Below, piece after piece: positions 1-15,700 of a stretch of 64,000 nt of DNA. The translations under genes and the position numbers were made by a program. Origin of the DNA: Owenia fusiformis (lineage: Eukaryota); NCBI GenBank assembly GCA_903813345.2, contig CAIIXF020000001.1, positions 47,120,001-47,184,000 on the forward strand, read 5' to 3'. The notes beneath the pieces were generated by a model, which was given only the letters and a program-made list of their open reading frames with translations, did not search any database and had not been told where the DNA came from. Every line of letters starts with the position of its first letter. The stretch's first letter is position 1.

Positions 1-774
1 CTGAGGTGACAAGAAATCTAGTCACTCTGGTTAGTCAAGAGGTTAATCCCCTTAACTCTCCTATTCCCTAGCATGGGGATCATGTCACGCATTTGGTACG
101 AAATATGTGTAAATATCATGCATTTGTTTCGAAAATATTTACACCCCCCCCCCCGTTCAGGGATTTTAACAGCAAGCGTTAGCGAGCTGGAAAAATTTTA
201 GGTGTCCAAAATCTGCCAGGTGTTCACTGAAGCTGTCCAAAGTTTGAAGGAAGGTGTTCAACATTTGGAAGTCACTCAGGGGTAGTTGGTCAAACTCCAA
301 AAAACATCAAACTAAAAATATGTTCAATGTAAAACATACTCATGAAATAGATAATCCACTGACCTCAAATAAAAGGTGGTAGTTTTATATAAGTCACCAG
401 TTTGGAGTCTTGACTAAACAACTGAACCAAAGCATGCATTTGGCATCGAATCTATTTTATGATTCAATTTGGAAATGAATAACTGAAATCAGCCATTAGG
501 AGCTTGTCTATTATACAGTTCAATAGTTAAATTATGTATGTTACTCGATAATCTTGCATCCAGTTTCTTGTTTCCTCATTCCACAAGCCCAGAATTTGAG
601 AGAGGTTTTTGCATATAAGGGTTTGGTGCACCTGACTAATGTGTAAAATGAATAAAAACTAAAACAATGACATAATCCTATCGTATAATCCTTTCATATG
701 TTAAACTGTTAATTCACTGTTTACTTGTTTATCTGTTTACTTGTTTATCTATTTGTTATTGTTATTATATTCAG

Positions 775-3700
775 GGAGGGGAATGACCCGGATGACAGTA
801 AGAAGATCACCTTCAATGAACTTCTCAGGGAAGTCTGCAAATTCTCCAATGTACTCAAAAACAGAGGTACACGTAATATTATATATGAAGATGAAATGGC
901 ATGCTAACAAATCTTTGTGAAAAATGTAGTGAAAATGATTTAATCAACGAGTAGGGATGCAGTAATAGGGTACGGTTGTAGAACACAGAACATCAAAATT
1001 ATTTTTGAACCAAAATGGAAAATTGAATAGTAGCTGTATACACATTTTGTACATATTTATCATGTTTTGTTGTATTTTGTAGGTGTAAAGAAGGGTGACA
1101 AAGTTGCCTTGTACATGCCTATGATATTAGAACTAACTGTTGCAATGCTTGCCTTGGCACGAATAGGTGCAGTGCACTCAATTGTGGTAAGTTCTTGAAG
1201 AGGATCATGCTCTTTGAACGGGACAAGGGTGCATAACGCCAAGACCTTAATGTTGTAATCTATTATTGATTTATATGTTTGGAGGGAGAGGGCAAAGTCC
1301 ATTATGTTTTATTAGTGCTTATCAATTTGCAAAAGAAAACATCTTTTTGAAAACTTTTACATGTTAAAAACATATTTTAGGGGTGCGGGTCATTATTAAA
1401 TGTCATCGTGCAATTATATTTATTTGTAGAGGTTGGGTTCATTGATATTGAAATATTGACCTTGTCCTTAAATCAAGCCTTAGTTTTGACTAAATTACAA
1501 CCGAATTGTTTCATATCGATTTATGATGCATGTACAATGCACATGTATGTAATCTATTGTATGTTATTGTAAGAGTAAGCACAATGTGCTCCTTGTCATT
1601 ATGTCCCACATGTGATTGATTCATTCCAAACGTTAAGTTATTAGATATTCAAAATTGTTTGTGCATTTATGAACTCTTAGTGAGAATCTGATGTAATATA
1701 CTTTGATTAGAAATCTTGTGTTAAACAAAGATTATTGTGCATTAATACTAAATAGTTATCATATAGGCTCTTGCATACTTTAAATTGATTGACTAGAGGT
1801 ACCTGACAGGTCAATTTAAACTTCCTGGTCAAACCAGTTCTTTTGTTTTACAAGCAATAAACATTTCCAATCATTCTTGATTCCTGATTCCTTTTGATGA
1901 ACCAAATGAAGTAGGGGTTATTGGTAACATTGGCTAGATTTAGGATATCTTACTTTGAAGGCAGCAAATGTTTGTAAACAAAATCGGAAGAAGTTTTTAA
2001 AAATAAGCAGAGAATCTTATTTCTACCCTGAAATTAACAAAAAACTGACATCATAAACTATATGTGCAGGCCCGTATCCAGGGGGGGGGGGGGGGGTTGC
2101 GAGCCCCCCTGGCCAAAAATTCTTTCAAAATCATGTTTTTCACCATTTTGAGCACTTCTCAAGTGATTTTAGTCATATTTGGCCAAAATTGTCAAATGTG
2201 AACCCCCCTGGAAATTTTTGAAAACTGAACCCCCCTTGGCAAATCGGAGCTACGGTCCTGATGTGTTAATAGAAGGTTCAATTCTTCATGTACACATGGA
2301 TATGAAATTTGTGGCTCATACTCACTCTCACTAAATGGCTGGAGGATCAGTTATAAAGCAAGTGAAAATTGTAACAATGATGAGATGGTCCAACATGAAC
2401 TTGAGTTTCTCAATGACCTGATGCGAGACAAAATTTGATTTCTGTAGTGTCAGAAGATACAGCAAAAAGCATTGATCCAGTATTGATTTCATCTATCAGG
2501 GCCTTGTACCATTACTTCGATAAATCCCCAAGGAGTATTTAACGATCCTCCATCATTTATTCAGCAAATGAAATGTGATGTACAAATGTGTTAAGCAATT
2601 CCCTTGAAGTATAGATTGCGTAAATTAGGCTCATTTGGGAATAAATGTTCAGTTGAAGGAAAACGGGAATTTCTTTTTTCCTCATGTATGAAAATAAGCT
2701 TAATATCTTGATCTGATCGACTGTAAATTGATTTAATTTGGCAACAGGTTTAATTAGAATTTTGTATAAAATTACCAATTTTCTGAAAAATTCAAATCTT
2801 CATCAATGTCTAACCAGTTTGCCATGCATGCTGTCCTGTGGTATTTTAATGTATTTTCTAATAGTCTGCCATATTTATTATTTAATATCGAATCCACCAA
2901 TATGCAGCTGCAATATGTTAAAATGTTAAGTTTGCTGAATATCATATCGTGCCAAACTTAACCATTTTACAGTCATTCATTGATGATACTAATGAGAAAT
3001 CACAAATATATGATCAAGAAGACAATGCAAGAAAAACACAAAATGAACAAGGCCTTATAATTCATACAATATATCTGAATCAATACAAAAAATGTCTTTC
3101 AGTTTGGTGGATTTTCGTCCGACTCTCTGGCCAGTAGGATCTTAGATGCACAATGTAAATACCTCATTACCGCAGGTGAGACTCATACGTTTTAACATTA
3201 TAAATATTGTCCAAATTGATCAACAATTGAATTTGCAATTTTAGATATACTCTTAATTCAGTGATTTTTATTCTGAAATGACCAAGGGGTATGTACACTT
3301 GTAATGTAGAATAGTAACATGTACTCACAAAACTGATAAATCAAACGCATGTACACACATGTAGTTATCGGTATGTATTACACTATGCAGTATTCATATC
3401 AAGAACAATACATTTTCTCTTGATTGTAAATTTGACAGGTGCAAATCTCAATTAGAAATGTACATAATCTGTTATCCATATACCTGTATTGTTATCCCAA
3501 CAAACGAAGTTCGGTAGGGATATAGTGAAGCCCTCCGTCCGTCCGTCAGTCAGTCAGTCCGTCCGTCCATCCATCTGTCTGTCCGTCCGGAAGATAACTC
3601 AAATACTAGTTGACGGATTTTCTTCATATTTAGCGGAAAGATGTATATTGGTGAATAGTTTTACACAAGATGACCGCTGCTTTAAAAATGACGGGAGTTT

Positions 3701-6700
3701 TTCGCAAAAATCATAAAATTAATCTAAACCAAAGTAATCAATATTATTGTTTGAAATTTTGGTAGTATATTCACAACATTTATCTGTTTCACATATATTC
3801 CGTGTTTTTCATCCTGACCCCCAGGGGCCGTGTATGGGGGGTCAGGAAAACATAAATTTTCGCAAATTTTTAGATCTTTCTGAACTATACCTTTATTATA
3901 CTCAAATGAAAGGCAATTAAGAGTAGATTGCAAATATTGTATCTTTTTTCTGATTCGAGCCTCGTGAAATTCAAAATGGCCGTCTAATGTACGATTTCGC
4001 AATAATTTTTCGATCCCTTCAAAGTATGGCTATATTAGCACAGGATTTCATTCTGTGTTTTCATTAACTAATACTCAAATTGAAGGCATTTTGGAGTAGA
4101 TCATCATTATGGTATTGTTTTTCAGATTTGTACCTCAGAAAATTCAAAATGGCTGCTTTGCAAGAATTTGCAATTCTAAAATCTAAATTTTTCAATTTTA
4201 ACCAAAATAATGAGTATAATTGATTGGAATTTGGTAATTGATATTTTGTTTGTTGGGATTTGCTACTCCGCGGAGTTGCTGTTATCTAGTTAAATACCAT
4301 TATATCTAATAATGTAACTTAGGTGGGACTTACGTAATAATACCAACATCAAATCTCATACATAGTTAAACGTATCTAATCCAAAAACAGTTACCAGCAA
4401 AATGTGTTTGATGTATAAACTGTAAAGCGCTTTAAATCTGTGGCACCTATTTTCCGCAAATGTGCCACCGCAGAGTAATCTGTGACACTTTGAATTTGTG
4501 TATTACACTACAGTTAATTCACAGGATTACCTAATTATTGTTTTTATTCCTGACCCTCTGAATTCTTACTCTTTTCACGTGCATTAAATTTTTGCGATGT
4601 TTTGTCACTCTCAAAAAGACAGAAATTGAGTGCATTTGAATTTTAAGTGTTTTGCAGTATGCAACATACATGTATATAAGTTTGATAACATTTGAGCCAG
4701 GCCACAGGAAAAGGGGTCTTATCACAGATTTTTTCAATTTTCTGATTTTTTGTTTATCCTAAAAAGCACAAAGAAACCTTTCAAATGAGCCATGGCTTAT
4801 GTCCTAACAATTTCTCCTTGCATATATAGACCAAAAAGTCGGATCTGAATTTTACACATTTTCCTCTTAATCGTGGGTACATTTTTGGCTCTGTAGCACA
4901 ATTTTAATTTTTGTGATAAGACCGGTTTTCCTATGGCCAGGCTCATTTATAGATTTTTCAACATGGGAATCAATGAAGAACAGGATTAAAAAGGTGTTCA
5001 TATTGAGAGGTGTACAGATTAGTTCAGTGTTCAGAATTTGGAGAACCTGAGATTAGTTTAATTAGATTACTTTAGATACCCAAGTTTTACTGTAACTTTA
5101 TTGTTTCCTTCCAGATGGTGTTTTCCGAGGAACAAAGTTGTTAAACCTAAAAGCAATCAGCGATGGAGCAATCAAAATCTGTGAGAGCAAGTAAGACCAA
5201 CATTTGATCTGAAACAATATATAAATCACACCGATTGTAAATCAGACATGCTAACCTAAAATCAATATCATAATTGGATTGCCTGTTAGGCGCCATCTCA
5301 TATGTGTTGCAATAAGGTTTATATGTGAACAGTTAGATTAAATGCGAAGGACTGTTTTGTTGACTAATTAATGGTGCAAAAATTATTTTAGAAAACAAAG
5401 ATTTTATGCCCTTCTAATAAGTTGTTTCATCATTAAACTGGATGAGTGGCCCAGTTAATGTCACTATAAAATAAGTATGGGATTGAAACAAATCCACTGG
5501 CAGTGTCCTCCCCAGGATCTTTTGGGGTGTAAAATTCTCATTTTCACAACATATGTCTATTTTTCTCATTTTCAACCGGGTCCAAAGGAATTTTCATGTT
5601 GATGTCTGCCTCTTCAAAATCATTTGCTTTTAATTTAATCCAAGTACAGGAGATTATTGGAACCAAGAAGTATTACAGAATGAGATTAATCAGAATTCTT
5701 AAATATTTATTTATGTCTAAGTCAGAAAAAAGAATAAATTGAGAGTCAATTTTCTGAATATGTTATGGTAACCTCCATTCCCTTATATGTTATTTGGAGT
5801 GTCAATTAACTGATATAAATCTACAGTATGATATTTGATAGCAGTACTTGGAAAATATGAGGCATCTGTTGGAAACTCACAGCTTGTATTACCATTGCTT
5901 TGAAATGCATTTAAAACATTATTATATTATACATGTATAATGTAGCAGGCTTGTAGCCAGGTTTTGCCAAGGGGGGCCACTTTTTGAAAATTTATGGCCG
6001 GGGGGGGGGGGTCGCTGGAACCTCCCTGGGTATGGGCCTGATGTAGAGAACTTTTCAATAGAGTAATTTTGACTCTATGAACGTTGAACGTGGCAATGCG
6101 ATGAACAGTGACAAGGTCAATATATTGTTTAATATGCATACATCAAAAAAAAAGAAAAAAATACATTAAAGTGATAAATCACTTTTGTGAGAATATATTG
6201 ATATTCAATAGCAACATTTCTTTTATCTTGTGGATGTCTTGAATGTAATAAGTAATGTTTTTGGGCCAACTGAGAAATATTGACCCATTCCTCAAGATTT
6301 ACTGTATGTTTCAAATCTATATTTGCAGTAACCACACAGTGACCACATGTTTTGTGGTGCGCCATCTTTCCTCCAACCATTCCACTAACAATGTAGATGT
6401 TTCTACATCCCCTGCCAGTAAGCGGCCTTGCACATCTTTCTCAGTAAGTAGCTATTGGTGGAAACACAGAACTATAAGTTGCTTTAATTTGATGGCCGTT
6501 ATAATTTGGCGGGTTGATGACAACTGCCAAAAATTAAGACTCTGTCAATTTTTAAAATAAATCCTTCCTGGGCGAAGATTTTTCATTCAATGACTTATCC
6601 TTGTGTGACCTTGCAGGAAAAATTATTTGAGAAACCTAAAATCCCAATATTGAACTATTTTCTAAAATCTACAGATTCACTGCTGGTTCATACAAAAAAT

Positions 6701-9700
6701 TCTGATACCTTGTGAGACAAAATAGCACTTTTGGTAGCGAGCTCTAAAGTAAGGGTATTGAGGATGATCTCGCATACGGCAACTTTCTTGTTATGGAGAT
6801 TGGTTTTTGAAAAAACTCAGCTTAGAAGAGCATAATTTGCATCTTCATATGAACCCTTCAATATCCACATTTTATTGATGGGTAAATCTGCCAAATGAAA
6901 GCGCAGCCAAAATTTCATAATTTTCCCAATCTGGCCCATTCTGCCAAATTGAATAGCACCTAATCAAAGCATCTTACAGGATCTGAAAGTGAACTAGCTC
7001 ATGTTTTTGGTCCTGTATTTCATCCCTCAGTTGATCCCCTCACAATAGGCATTAGAGGTTGTTGTTTCATGCACAGTTAATTTCAATTATTGTTAAAATA
7101 TTTATTCTGTAACCTGATTTCAACTGAAGTTATATAGTAAGACAGATATTATGAATCAAAGAAAAGCTAGAAAGAAATTATGTGAATGAGAGTTTGGATT
7201 AATCTTTCAGTATTTGCAATTTTGTTATAAAGGTTGATTATATCGAGGGACGTGACCTGTGGTGGAATGAGGAGATGGCTAATGCCAGTGACGACTGTGA
7301 ACCGGAATGGCTTGATGCGGAGGACCCTCTCTTTATGTTATACACAAGGTAAGGGTACTACAAGCTAAGTAATAGAAATACTAGGCAAGGACTTGTCTAC
7401 GGGTGACATTAACCTTAAGGTTTTGTTTGATGAAAATGATGTTTGCATTAAATGAAGAGAATTTGATTTTGAAGTGTTGTTATTTGATCGACATATTTAG
7501 ATTTGCATGGAAATTTATGCCAGAGTTATTGGCCAAAATGGCTGATATTGGGAGAATATCTTTCTGCAAAGAGACTCCATATATCTTCCTTAAGAAATGC
7601 TTTATTGTAACATAACATATTACATATTGTAATAATCAGAAGACAAAAATGGAACTTAATGTACACAAAGATTACACAGTCGTGTAGGTACATAGGCACA
7701 TGGACATGAACTTAACCTGTTATCAGGGGATATGTCTAAATTTTGAATCAACAATACTCATTGAATGGAAGGCTAAATACCAACCAACTAAGGAAGGTGC
7801 AAAGTAGAGCTTTTGTAATTGACCTTTGAGACTACATGATTATCAAATAATTTTGCAGCTTTAGGGGTATATTGTATATTTGAACATGACTTTATTTACG
7901 CCTTCTACAAGTATAAACTGTAAACAAAGTCAACATTTCACCCATGATATATTCGCAAACAATACCCCTGGTAATATGTGTAATGTGTAACGTCATAACG
8001 GCAGGCTGTAGTAATGGCGGACCATAATGAATATTTGAAATATTTTGGTGAGTTTTCATGTTCAAATCGTAATATAGACCTCAGAGCAGGTGTAATATTG
8101 TTGAATACACCCCTTAGGGCTAGGCACAAAAGCTTTTGTACACAAAACGTTTGTGCCTAGACCTGTGGGGTGTATTCGACAATATTACCCCTGCTCTTCA
8201 GTCTATATTTCTTAATTCTTTTCTATACCCTAAATCCACCACTGGCTTTATTTATTTACAGTAAATTTTTGATTCCAGTGGATCAACAGGTAAACCCAAA
8301 GGTGTCCTCCATACAGTTGGTGGCTATATGATGTACACTGCCACGACCACCAAGTATACATTTGATATACAAGAGGATGATGTCTACTGGTGTACAGCAG
8401 ATATAGGTTGGATAACAGGTCATTCTTATATAACCTATGGACCATTGTTGAATGCCTGCACAGGTGTCATGGTAGGTACATTAACATTAAGAGGTGAGAA
8501 AAAAGTTACCTACCGTATTATCTCTATTAAACGCACACTCTCTAATAAACGCACACCCGACTTTTTGTCCCAGGTTAGAAAGTCCTGTCCAGATAATATT
8601 GAGATCTGACGAAGCTCTAATAAAAAAAAACATTGTGGGCGATAATAGAGTATTTTCACCGTTGGTTAAAATAATGCATCATGATTCATGACGTCACGAT
8701 TTCCCATCATGCAACGCATGCAACGTAAGAAATTTCTTCAGGTGTTCATGTAAAAAACACAATAGTGTATTTATATACTAAATTTGTCGTCTAGGAGCTC
8801 ACAATTCAAGGTAAAAACATAACATAAAGCATATTCTCTCTAATAAACACACATATCTACTATATTTGATCGATTTTAGGTATAGAAGTAAATTTTCCGG
8901 GGATTTAGCTGCTTGAAACCTCTCCCCCACGGGAATTTGCTAAGCACACTGTGCGTTTAATAGAGATAATACGGTAGCTTTTTATTATAGATGGGTGGGG
9001 TACAAATATACACATTCTTGGAATTTGATTCAAGAGACCATAATTATATCATTATATGTACATTGAAAATTTACAAAATAAGTATTTTCGGTGTTTTGAA
9101 AATAATATATCATTGACCTTTATTCATTACTGAAAATATAACCGTTGGACAAATCTTTCGTCATGAACTTCAGAATACGAAATATAAAAAACATGATTTT
9201 AATAGAGTATTTTGTTTAAAAGATGGCTCCAACTTACTGTAATATATTCAGTATACAATTGCCACTCTGTCTGAGAAATATATTCATCAGTATAAAAGTG
9301 GGTGGGTTTGAACCCCACTTTGTTGGACTGACTTATTCACATCAGCCCTTAGCGTAGGATTTCATTCTGTGTTTTCATTAACCAATTTGTGTAATTTCAG
9401 TTTGAAGGTGTCCCATTCTACCCTGATGCTGGTAGATTCTGGGCTGTGTGTGACAAGTACAAAGTTACAAAGTTTTATACAGCTCCCACTGCTATAAGAG
9501 CTCTTATGAAATTTGGAGATGAACATGTGACAAAGTAAGTAAGCAGGTTCAGTTAACTTCTAAATGAGTAAGATCTCATCGAAAACCCTGCATTTGGAGG
9601 AGGAATTTTAGTATAATTTACATGAATTCCAATTTGGAGATGAAAAGTTAAGAATTTGTAAAATCCATTATTCTCTAACTGTGACGTCATTATATCCATG

Positions 9701-12700
9701 GTTACAAGTGACTTACAAATTCGTAACTTTACGAAGTTTCTGTTAATGCCCAGGTTCAGTTATCCTCTAAAGGAGCTAAATCTCGTATGAAACCCTTTGG
9801 AGGAGGAATTTTAGTATAATCTACATGAATTCCAATTCAAAGAGTTTTGATAAGGCATTGACATATTGTTGTTATAACAACCAATTTTAGTGATCAACAT
9901 TCAATGAAAGGAATTAAATGAACACTTATGAGACTAGTGAACACCTTTTCCCAATCTCCTGGCAGTTCTGTTCATTGCATTCCTTCTTATTCTCTCTGCA
10001 GATCCTAAATTCAATGATACCAGGAATCTCGGGATCCATCAGAATTAGGAGGTTAGTATACTATGTAGTAGCTATCATCAATCAGCAGGGTTTTAGGGTA
10101 AATACTATTTATTTTACAGATACAGTAGAGAATCTCTTAAGATCCTTGGCACAGTTGGGGAACCAATCAACCCTGAGGCTTGGTTGTGGTATTACAATGT
10201 GGTGGGTGATAAACGATGTGCAATTGTAGACACCTACTGGCAAACTGAGACAGTGAGTAATAATTCTTTTATTAATCACTTTAAAACATACTTGTTGTTT
10301 CCAAGATAATTTAGCAGTTTTGAACAAGGCAAAATTAACAAGCTGTAAATTCAACAAATTTTTACAATGTTTACAATTGTACTACAAAGAAACAGTATTG
10401 TTGCTGGCTTGGTAGATGGTTGCATCTCACCAGTTATTTGCACATTCCCAAAGAACCACTTTTACAGATTGGTTAAAATGTTCAGAGATGTTTCTTGGTA
10501 TGAAAATAGAGAAGTTTTTTGTGCAAGCTTGGTAAATTGTAATGTTGTAATTGTAAATTGTAATATGCTATTGTTCACTGTTTTTTTTTTATTCACAGTA
10601 AGAAATTTGTTCACTGTGTTCCTTTAAGAAAATATCCCTTTAAGAATGCTGACTAAGGTCATGGGAGTTTTCAGTGCCACAGTGAAGTAAAAACTATACA
10701 TTCACTGTAGTTTATGTAGGGTCATGGTACATGATAATATTATGTGAAGTAATTGCATATTATCCTGTCATCTGATGAATAGAGGTCATTTAGTAAATTG
10801 AATTAGAATACCAATAATCCTTCATAATTTCCCTTTTCAAGTATTCATTCTTATAAAATTGTATTACAGGATTATAGTTACTAATTGGTGCCCTTGTAAT
10901 GATGGATATAAAAACAACAAATTGATATATTAAACCATAAAATAATGAACCTATTTATTCATTATTAAATTAAATTGTGGTACAATGTTCACAAAGAAAT
11001 TAATAAGTTTGATTAATGTAAACTATTCTCTCCTCGTTTAATTACTGCATTATCACAGATTCTCTTAATATCATTACTTCCAATGAGTTGCTATGTTAAG
11101 ATGAATTGAAACATAGCCACTCGTGATGCAGGGAGGCAAAAAATCACAAAATGTATTTTCTCAGATAATGTTCCACTTCAACTGTCTTATGAAGTCCAAA
11201 GCAAAGGTTTTAAAGGCAGAATCTGATCTATAGGGGGTGACAGAATTACAAGCAACATGAATAATTGACGCACCAATCTATTCCTTACAATATCAAATAC
11301 AATATCTCCCAAAAGATTCACAATACAGGGCGTTCATAAAGTTCTTGCAAAAGTACTCTAATTTTTTTGTTTCTCAATCAATCTGGCTGAAATTTTCACT
11401 CAGTATACTTACACTATTCATCCATTTGAATCTTGAATTATAACGAATAGGTCCTTGAAGAAAAAAGTAATGATTGCTATAGTAACACGAGTCAGGGGTA
11501 GGCGGAGCAGCATTGAAAAAAAGAAAAAATTAGATAAAAGATATGGGTTAGAGGTAATTTTAACATACTTTAAAGTTTCCTGGAAAATCCAAAACAAGCT
11601 AATGTTGCCATGTCAACCCTAGATGATGTCATATGATGACATCATAGTTGAAATTTCTTTGATTCATGACATCACTAACCTATAAGTGACCTATATTTGT
11701 TGATGACATTGGCCTTTGTTAAAGGCAGCATCAATTTTATCTTTGTGAAAATGGCTGCAAAATCAGCAAAAGATGATGATTTGCAATTACAAATATTCAG
11801 TAGCCTAGCATCGGGATGTATGTTTTACTGGGAAATTCAAGTAAACAAATACGTGAAGATATTCATAAGGTGTTTGGGAAGGAGGCTATGACCAAAAGAA
11901 CCATTTACAAAACAGACTAAGACATTTACTGATGGTAGAACAAATGTTAAGGACAATAATGCTAGATCAGGCTGTCCAAGAACGAAATCCAATGAGGATC
12001 AGATGATGTTGATGAAAGCCATTCATACAAAGATCAATCGCAAGAAATTTTCCGGATGAGTCCCTTCATCTGTTTGAGGAATGGTAAGTAAGACAGCAGA
12101 GGTCCATGATGAGACCATGATGGACACTATTTTGAACACATTACGCTCTTGAGATACTGTTATTAAAGTAAATAGGACTAGTTAAAAACATTTTGAACGT
12201 TCAAACAAAACAGATCCTTTTTTGCCTGCTCCGCCTACCCCTGACGCATGCGACTATAGGAACCATAACTTTTTTTCCTCAAGGACCTATTGATTATAAC
12301 TTAGGATCTTAATGTATGAATAGTGTAGGTATACTGAGTGAAAATTACAGCCAGATTGACTGAGATACAAAAACATTAGAGCACTTTTGCAAGAACTTTA
12401 TGAACGCCCTGTATGTTATAAATTGGTGAAGTTATTAATGATTCAAAGTGCAAAAATGAGTGAAAAATGTTCTCCCAAATAATAAGAATGGTAACCATTC
12501 TTATAAAAAAATAATACATTGTTGTAAAAATCTTTATTTTTCCTGGAATAAAGTATACACCTTTGTGATTTTTAGAAAATAGACAAGACAAGGAATGACA
12601 AAAATATTCTAAAATTGATAAAAAAATTTGTTTAGCCTGCTCGCTATATCTGATTATCTCTTTAATATACAGGGTACACCAGAAGAAAGGTTAACCAAGC

Positions 12701-15700
12701 AAATGTACATTAATAATTAAGTCATTCAGCAATGTGGGTTTAAGGTCATTTTAACCCTTCAAGTCAAAATTAAACCTTGTTCTATGTTCTATCAATTCTA
12801 CCAGTTTCATTGGTCTTTTCCAAATGGTGACAATTTTATGGCCATTTTACAAAACATGCTCAAAATGGCCATAAAATCGTCGTGACCTTTGGGAATAAAA
12901 GAACATTTGAACAAGGTTCAATTGTGCCAAATATGACTATTAACCCATGCTGGATGGCTGAGTTAATAATATTTGTTTGGGATACCTTTATTTGGCTCAC
13001 CCTGTACCTCCTTTCACCTTCATATTTTGCCTCGCCTTTTAAAATTTTCCTTGCTTAATTTTTTATCCTCGCTACACCCATGGTTGAAACTTAATCAAAT
13101 GCTACCATGTACCAGTTGAACAAAATTGTCTGTACAAGTGTATGGACTTATTGTCCAGAGATGTTTGACTCAGTTATACTTAACATGGAACATTTTGACC
13201 AGACATATTTTTCACAGATTTCTTTCACAGACACACAATGTTTAAGAGAATATGAGAAGATTGTGGTAAATAGATTTCTCGAATAAAAGTCTAAACAGTT
13301 ATCCTGCTTCATGATAAATATTTGATGTACACCTACAAAAGCAATCATTATATTAATATGTCGCATATTTAAGTGTATTATGTGTCTATATTGACATGAT
13401 TTTTATAGCTCCATAAAATTGTTATTTAATAAATCATGGATAAAAGTAGCTGGTGCTGTATCCTATTAAATCTGTTTTATCTAATAGACATTGATACTAT
13501 TAATAATTGTAGTTACCACAAATACTTTTACAAAGTTTATGGGAAATTGGAGTCCAACCTTATTGTCTTTGGCGGGAAATGGGAGTCTAACCTTATTGTC
13601 TTTGACTTATTCCAAAGCAAATACTTACATTTTCCTAACCCTGAAAATTACCTCTTTTGGGCCATAAAGAAATCAATAAAGCCATACTATGTCAAATGAT
13701 TTACACTCATGATTGATTGACTGTTTGTGGATTGAGTTCTTAAAGGCATGCATTTTTGCGAGACTCAGGTCGAGTTATATGGATGATAAACAAACAAGTG
13801 CATTAATTTGCCCACAATTCCTCTAGTCATGTGATAAGTTGAAAAATATCCATAGAAATAATCCAAAATGTATTGCAACTTGCAAGGCCAATGTGATCCT
13901 AAAGTACCTACATAACTAATCATTATCATGACACTCAGACATTATATTTTTTCCCCAGTGTCAATGTTTTCACAGTTTATTACAGATTTCCTTTATTAAC
14001 CAATTCATCTTAAGTAAAATATTTGATATACTAATGTTCTGACTGGACAGAAAGTGATATATATTGCCTACATCTAGGTGAATAGACAACTAAGTAATAA
14101 GTAAAAACTGTATGGAGGGATGTACTATGTATGTATTATAAGTAATGACTCGCTTAGTAGGTGCTTCTGACTATCCCAACGAACGAAGTTCGTTAGGGAT
14201 ATAGTGAAGCCCTCCGTCCGTCCGTCCGTCCGTCCGTCCGTCCGTCCGTCCGTCCGTCCGTCCGTCCGTCCGTCGGTCCGTCAGTCCGTCCGTCAGTCAG
14301 TCAGTCAGTCCGTCCGTCTGTCCGGAAGATAACTCAAATACTAGTCAGCAGATTTTCTTCATATTTAGTGGAAAGATGTATATTGGTGAATAGTTTTATG
14401 CAAAAACAATTTTTTTCAAGATGGCCGCCGCTTTAAAAATGACGGGACTTTTTCGCAAAAATCATAAATTTTTCATTCTAAACCAAAGTAATTAATATTA
14501 TTGTTTGAAATTTTGGAAGTGTATTCACAACATTTATCTATTTCACATATATTCCGTGTTTTTTATCCTGACCCCCAGGGGCCATGTATGGGGGGACAGG
14601 AAAACAGAAATTTTCGCTAATTTTTAGATCTTTCTGAAGTATAGCTTTATTATACTCAAATGAAAGGCAATTAAGAGTAGATTGCAAATATTGTATCATT
14701 TTTCTGATTCGAGCCTCGTAAAATTCAAAATGGCCGTCTAATGTACAATTTCGCAATAATTTTTCGATCCCTTCAAAGTATGGCTATATTATACTCAAAT
14801 TGAAGGAATTTTGGAGTAGATCACAATTATGGTATTATTTTTCAGATTTGTACCTCAGAAAATTCAAAATGGCTGCTTTGCAGGTATTCGCAATTCTAAA
14901 ATCTAATTTTTTCATTTTTAACCAAAGTAATGAGTATATTTGATTGGAATTCAGTAATTGATATTTTGTTCGTTGGGATTTGCTACTCCGCGGAGTTGCC
15001 GTTATCTAGTTGTTTTATGAGTTACACCAAAAAAATTGAGTCATATTCATTTTCCTCTTGGGATATTTTCATGTAATGCTAAATGTAAAAGTGACACGTA
15101 CATTTTATTAAGGTGGGACCTGCTCCATCAACAGGATGCACGCCACTTTTACTGGATACAATAGTAATATTTTTTTACTATATCTAGTAAATGATAAATG
15201 AATGTAGTTTTTCAAACACTGAGAATATGTCAGCTAATGTTATTAGGATAATGTATTTTTTATTTACATTATGATCACTTGCAGTTTTTGTAAGATAACC
15301 AATAAATACTTTTTGCAGACAGTCTAAATCCCATCTTTAAACTCATAATACATTCTAAGTTTTTGATGTGTTTGCAATCATAAGTCTACAATGAATATTA
15401 TAGGAATATCCTATGGTTTTGAAAAATATCATTTATATTCATGAGTGGATATTGATATCTTCATGAGTAAGTGCAGGAATTGTTCAAATTCAAATTATGA
15501 AAAAAAAATTTGAAAACACGAAACCATTGAATAGGACTTTTGAAACCATCGGATATCACTTTGAAACCATTGAATATCATTTTTTGGTTTGAAAGTGATA
15601 TTCAATAGTTTGGGAATTTTTTTTGCTAAAATATGATATCTTGATCCACATGTCAAATATATCTTCATGTGATATTCGATCTACGATATATCCTTGTAAC

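Noticed and set aside
3489..4002. ORFs repeated at 14538-14756
   Set aside because: Chance ORFs in HINE copies, partly from the microsatellite.
9544..9840. ~90-bp imperfect direct duplication in an ACSS2 intron
   Set aside because: Ordinary local duplication with no coding or terminal structure.
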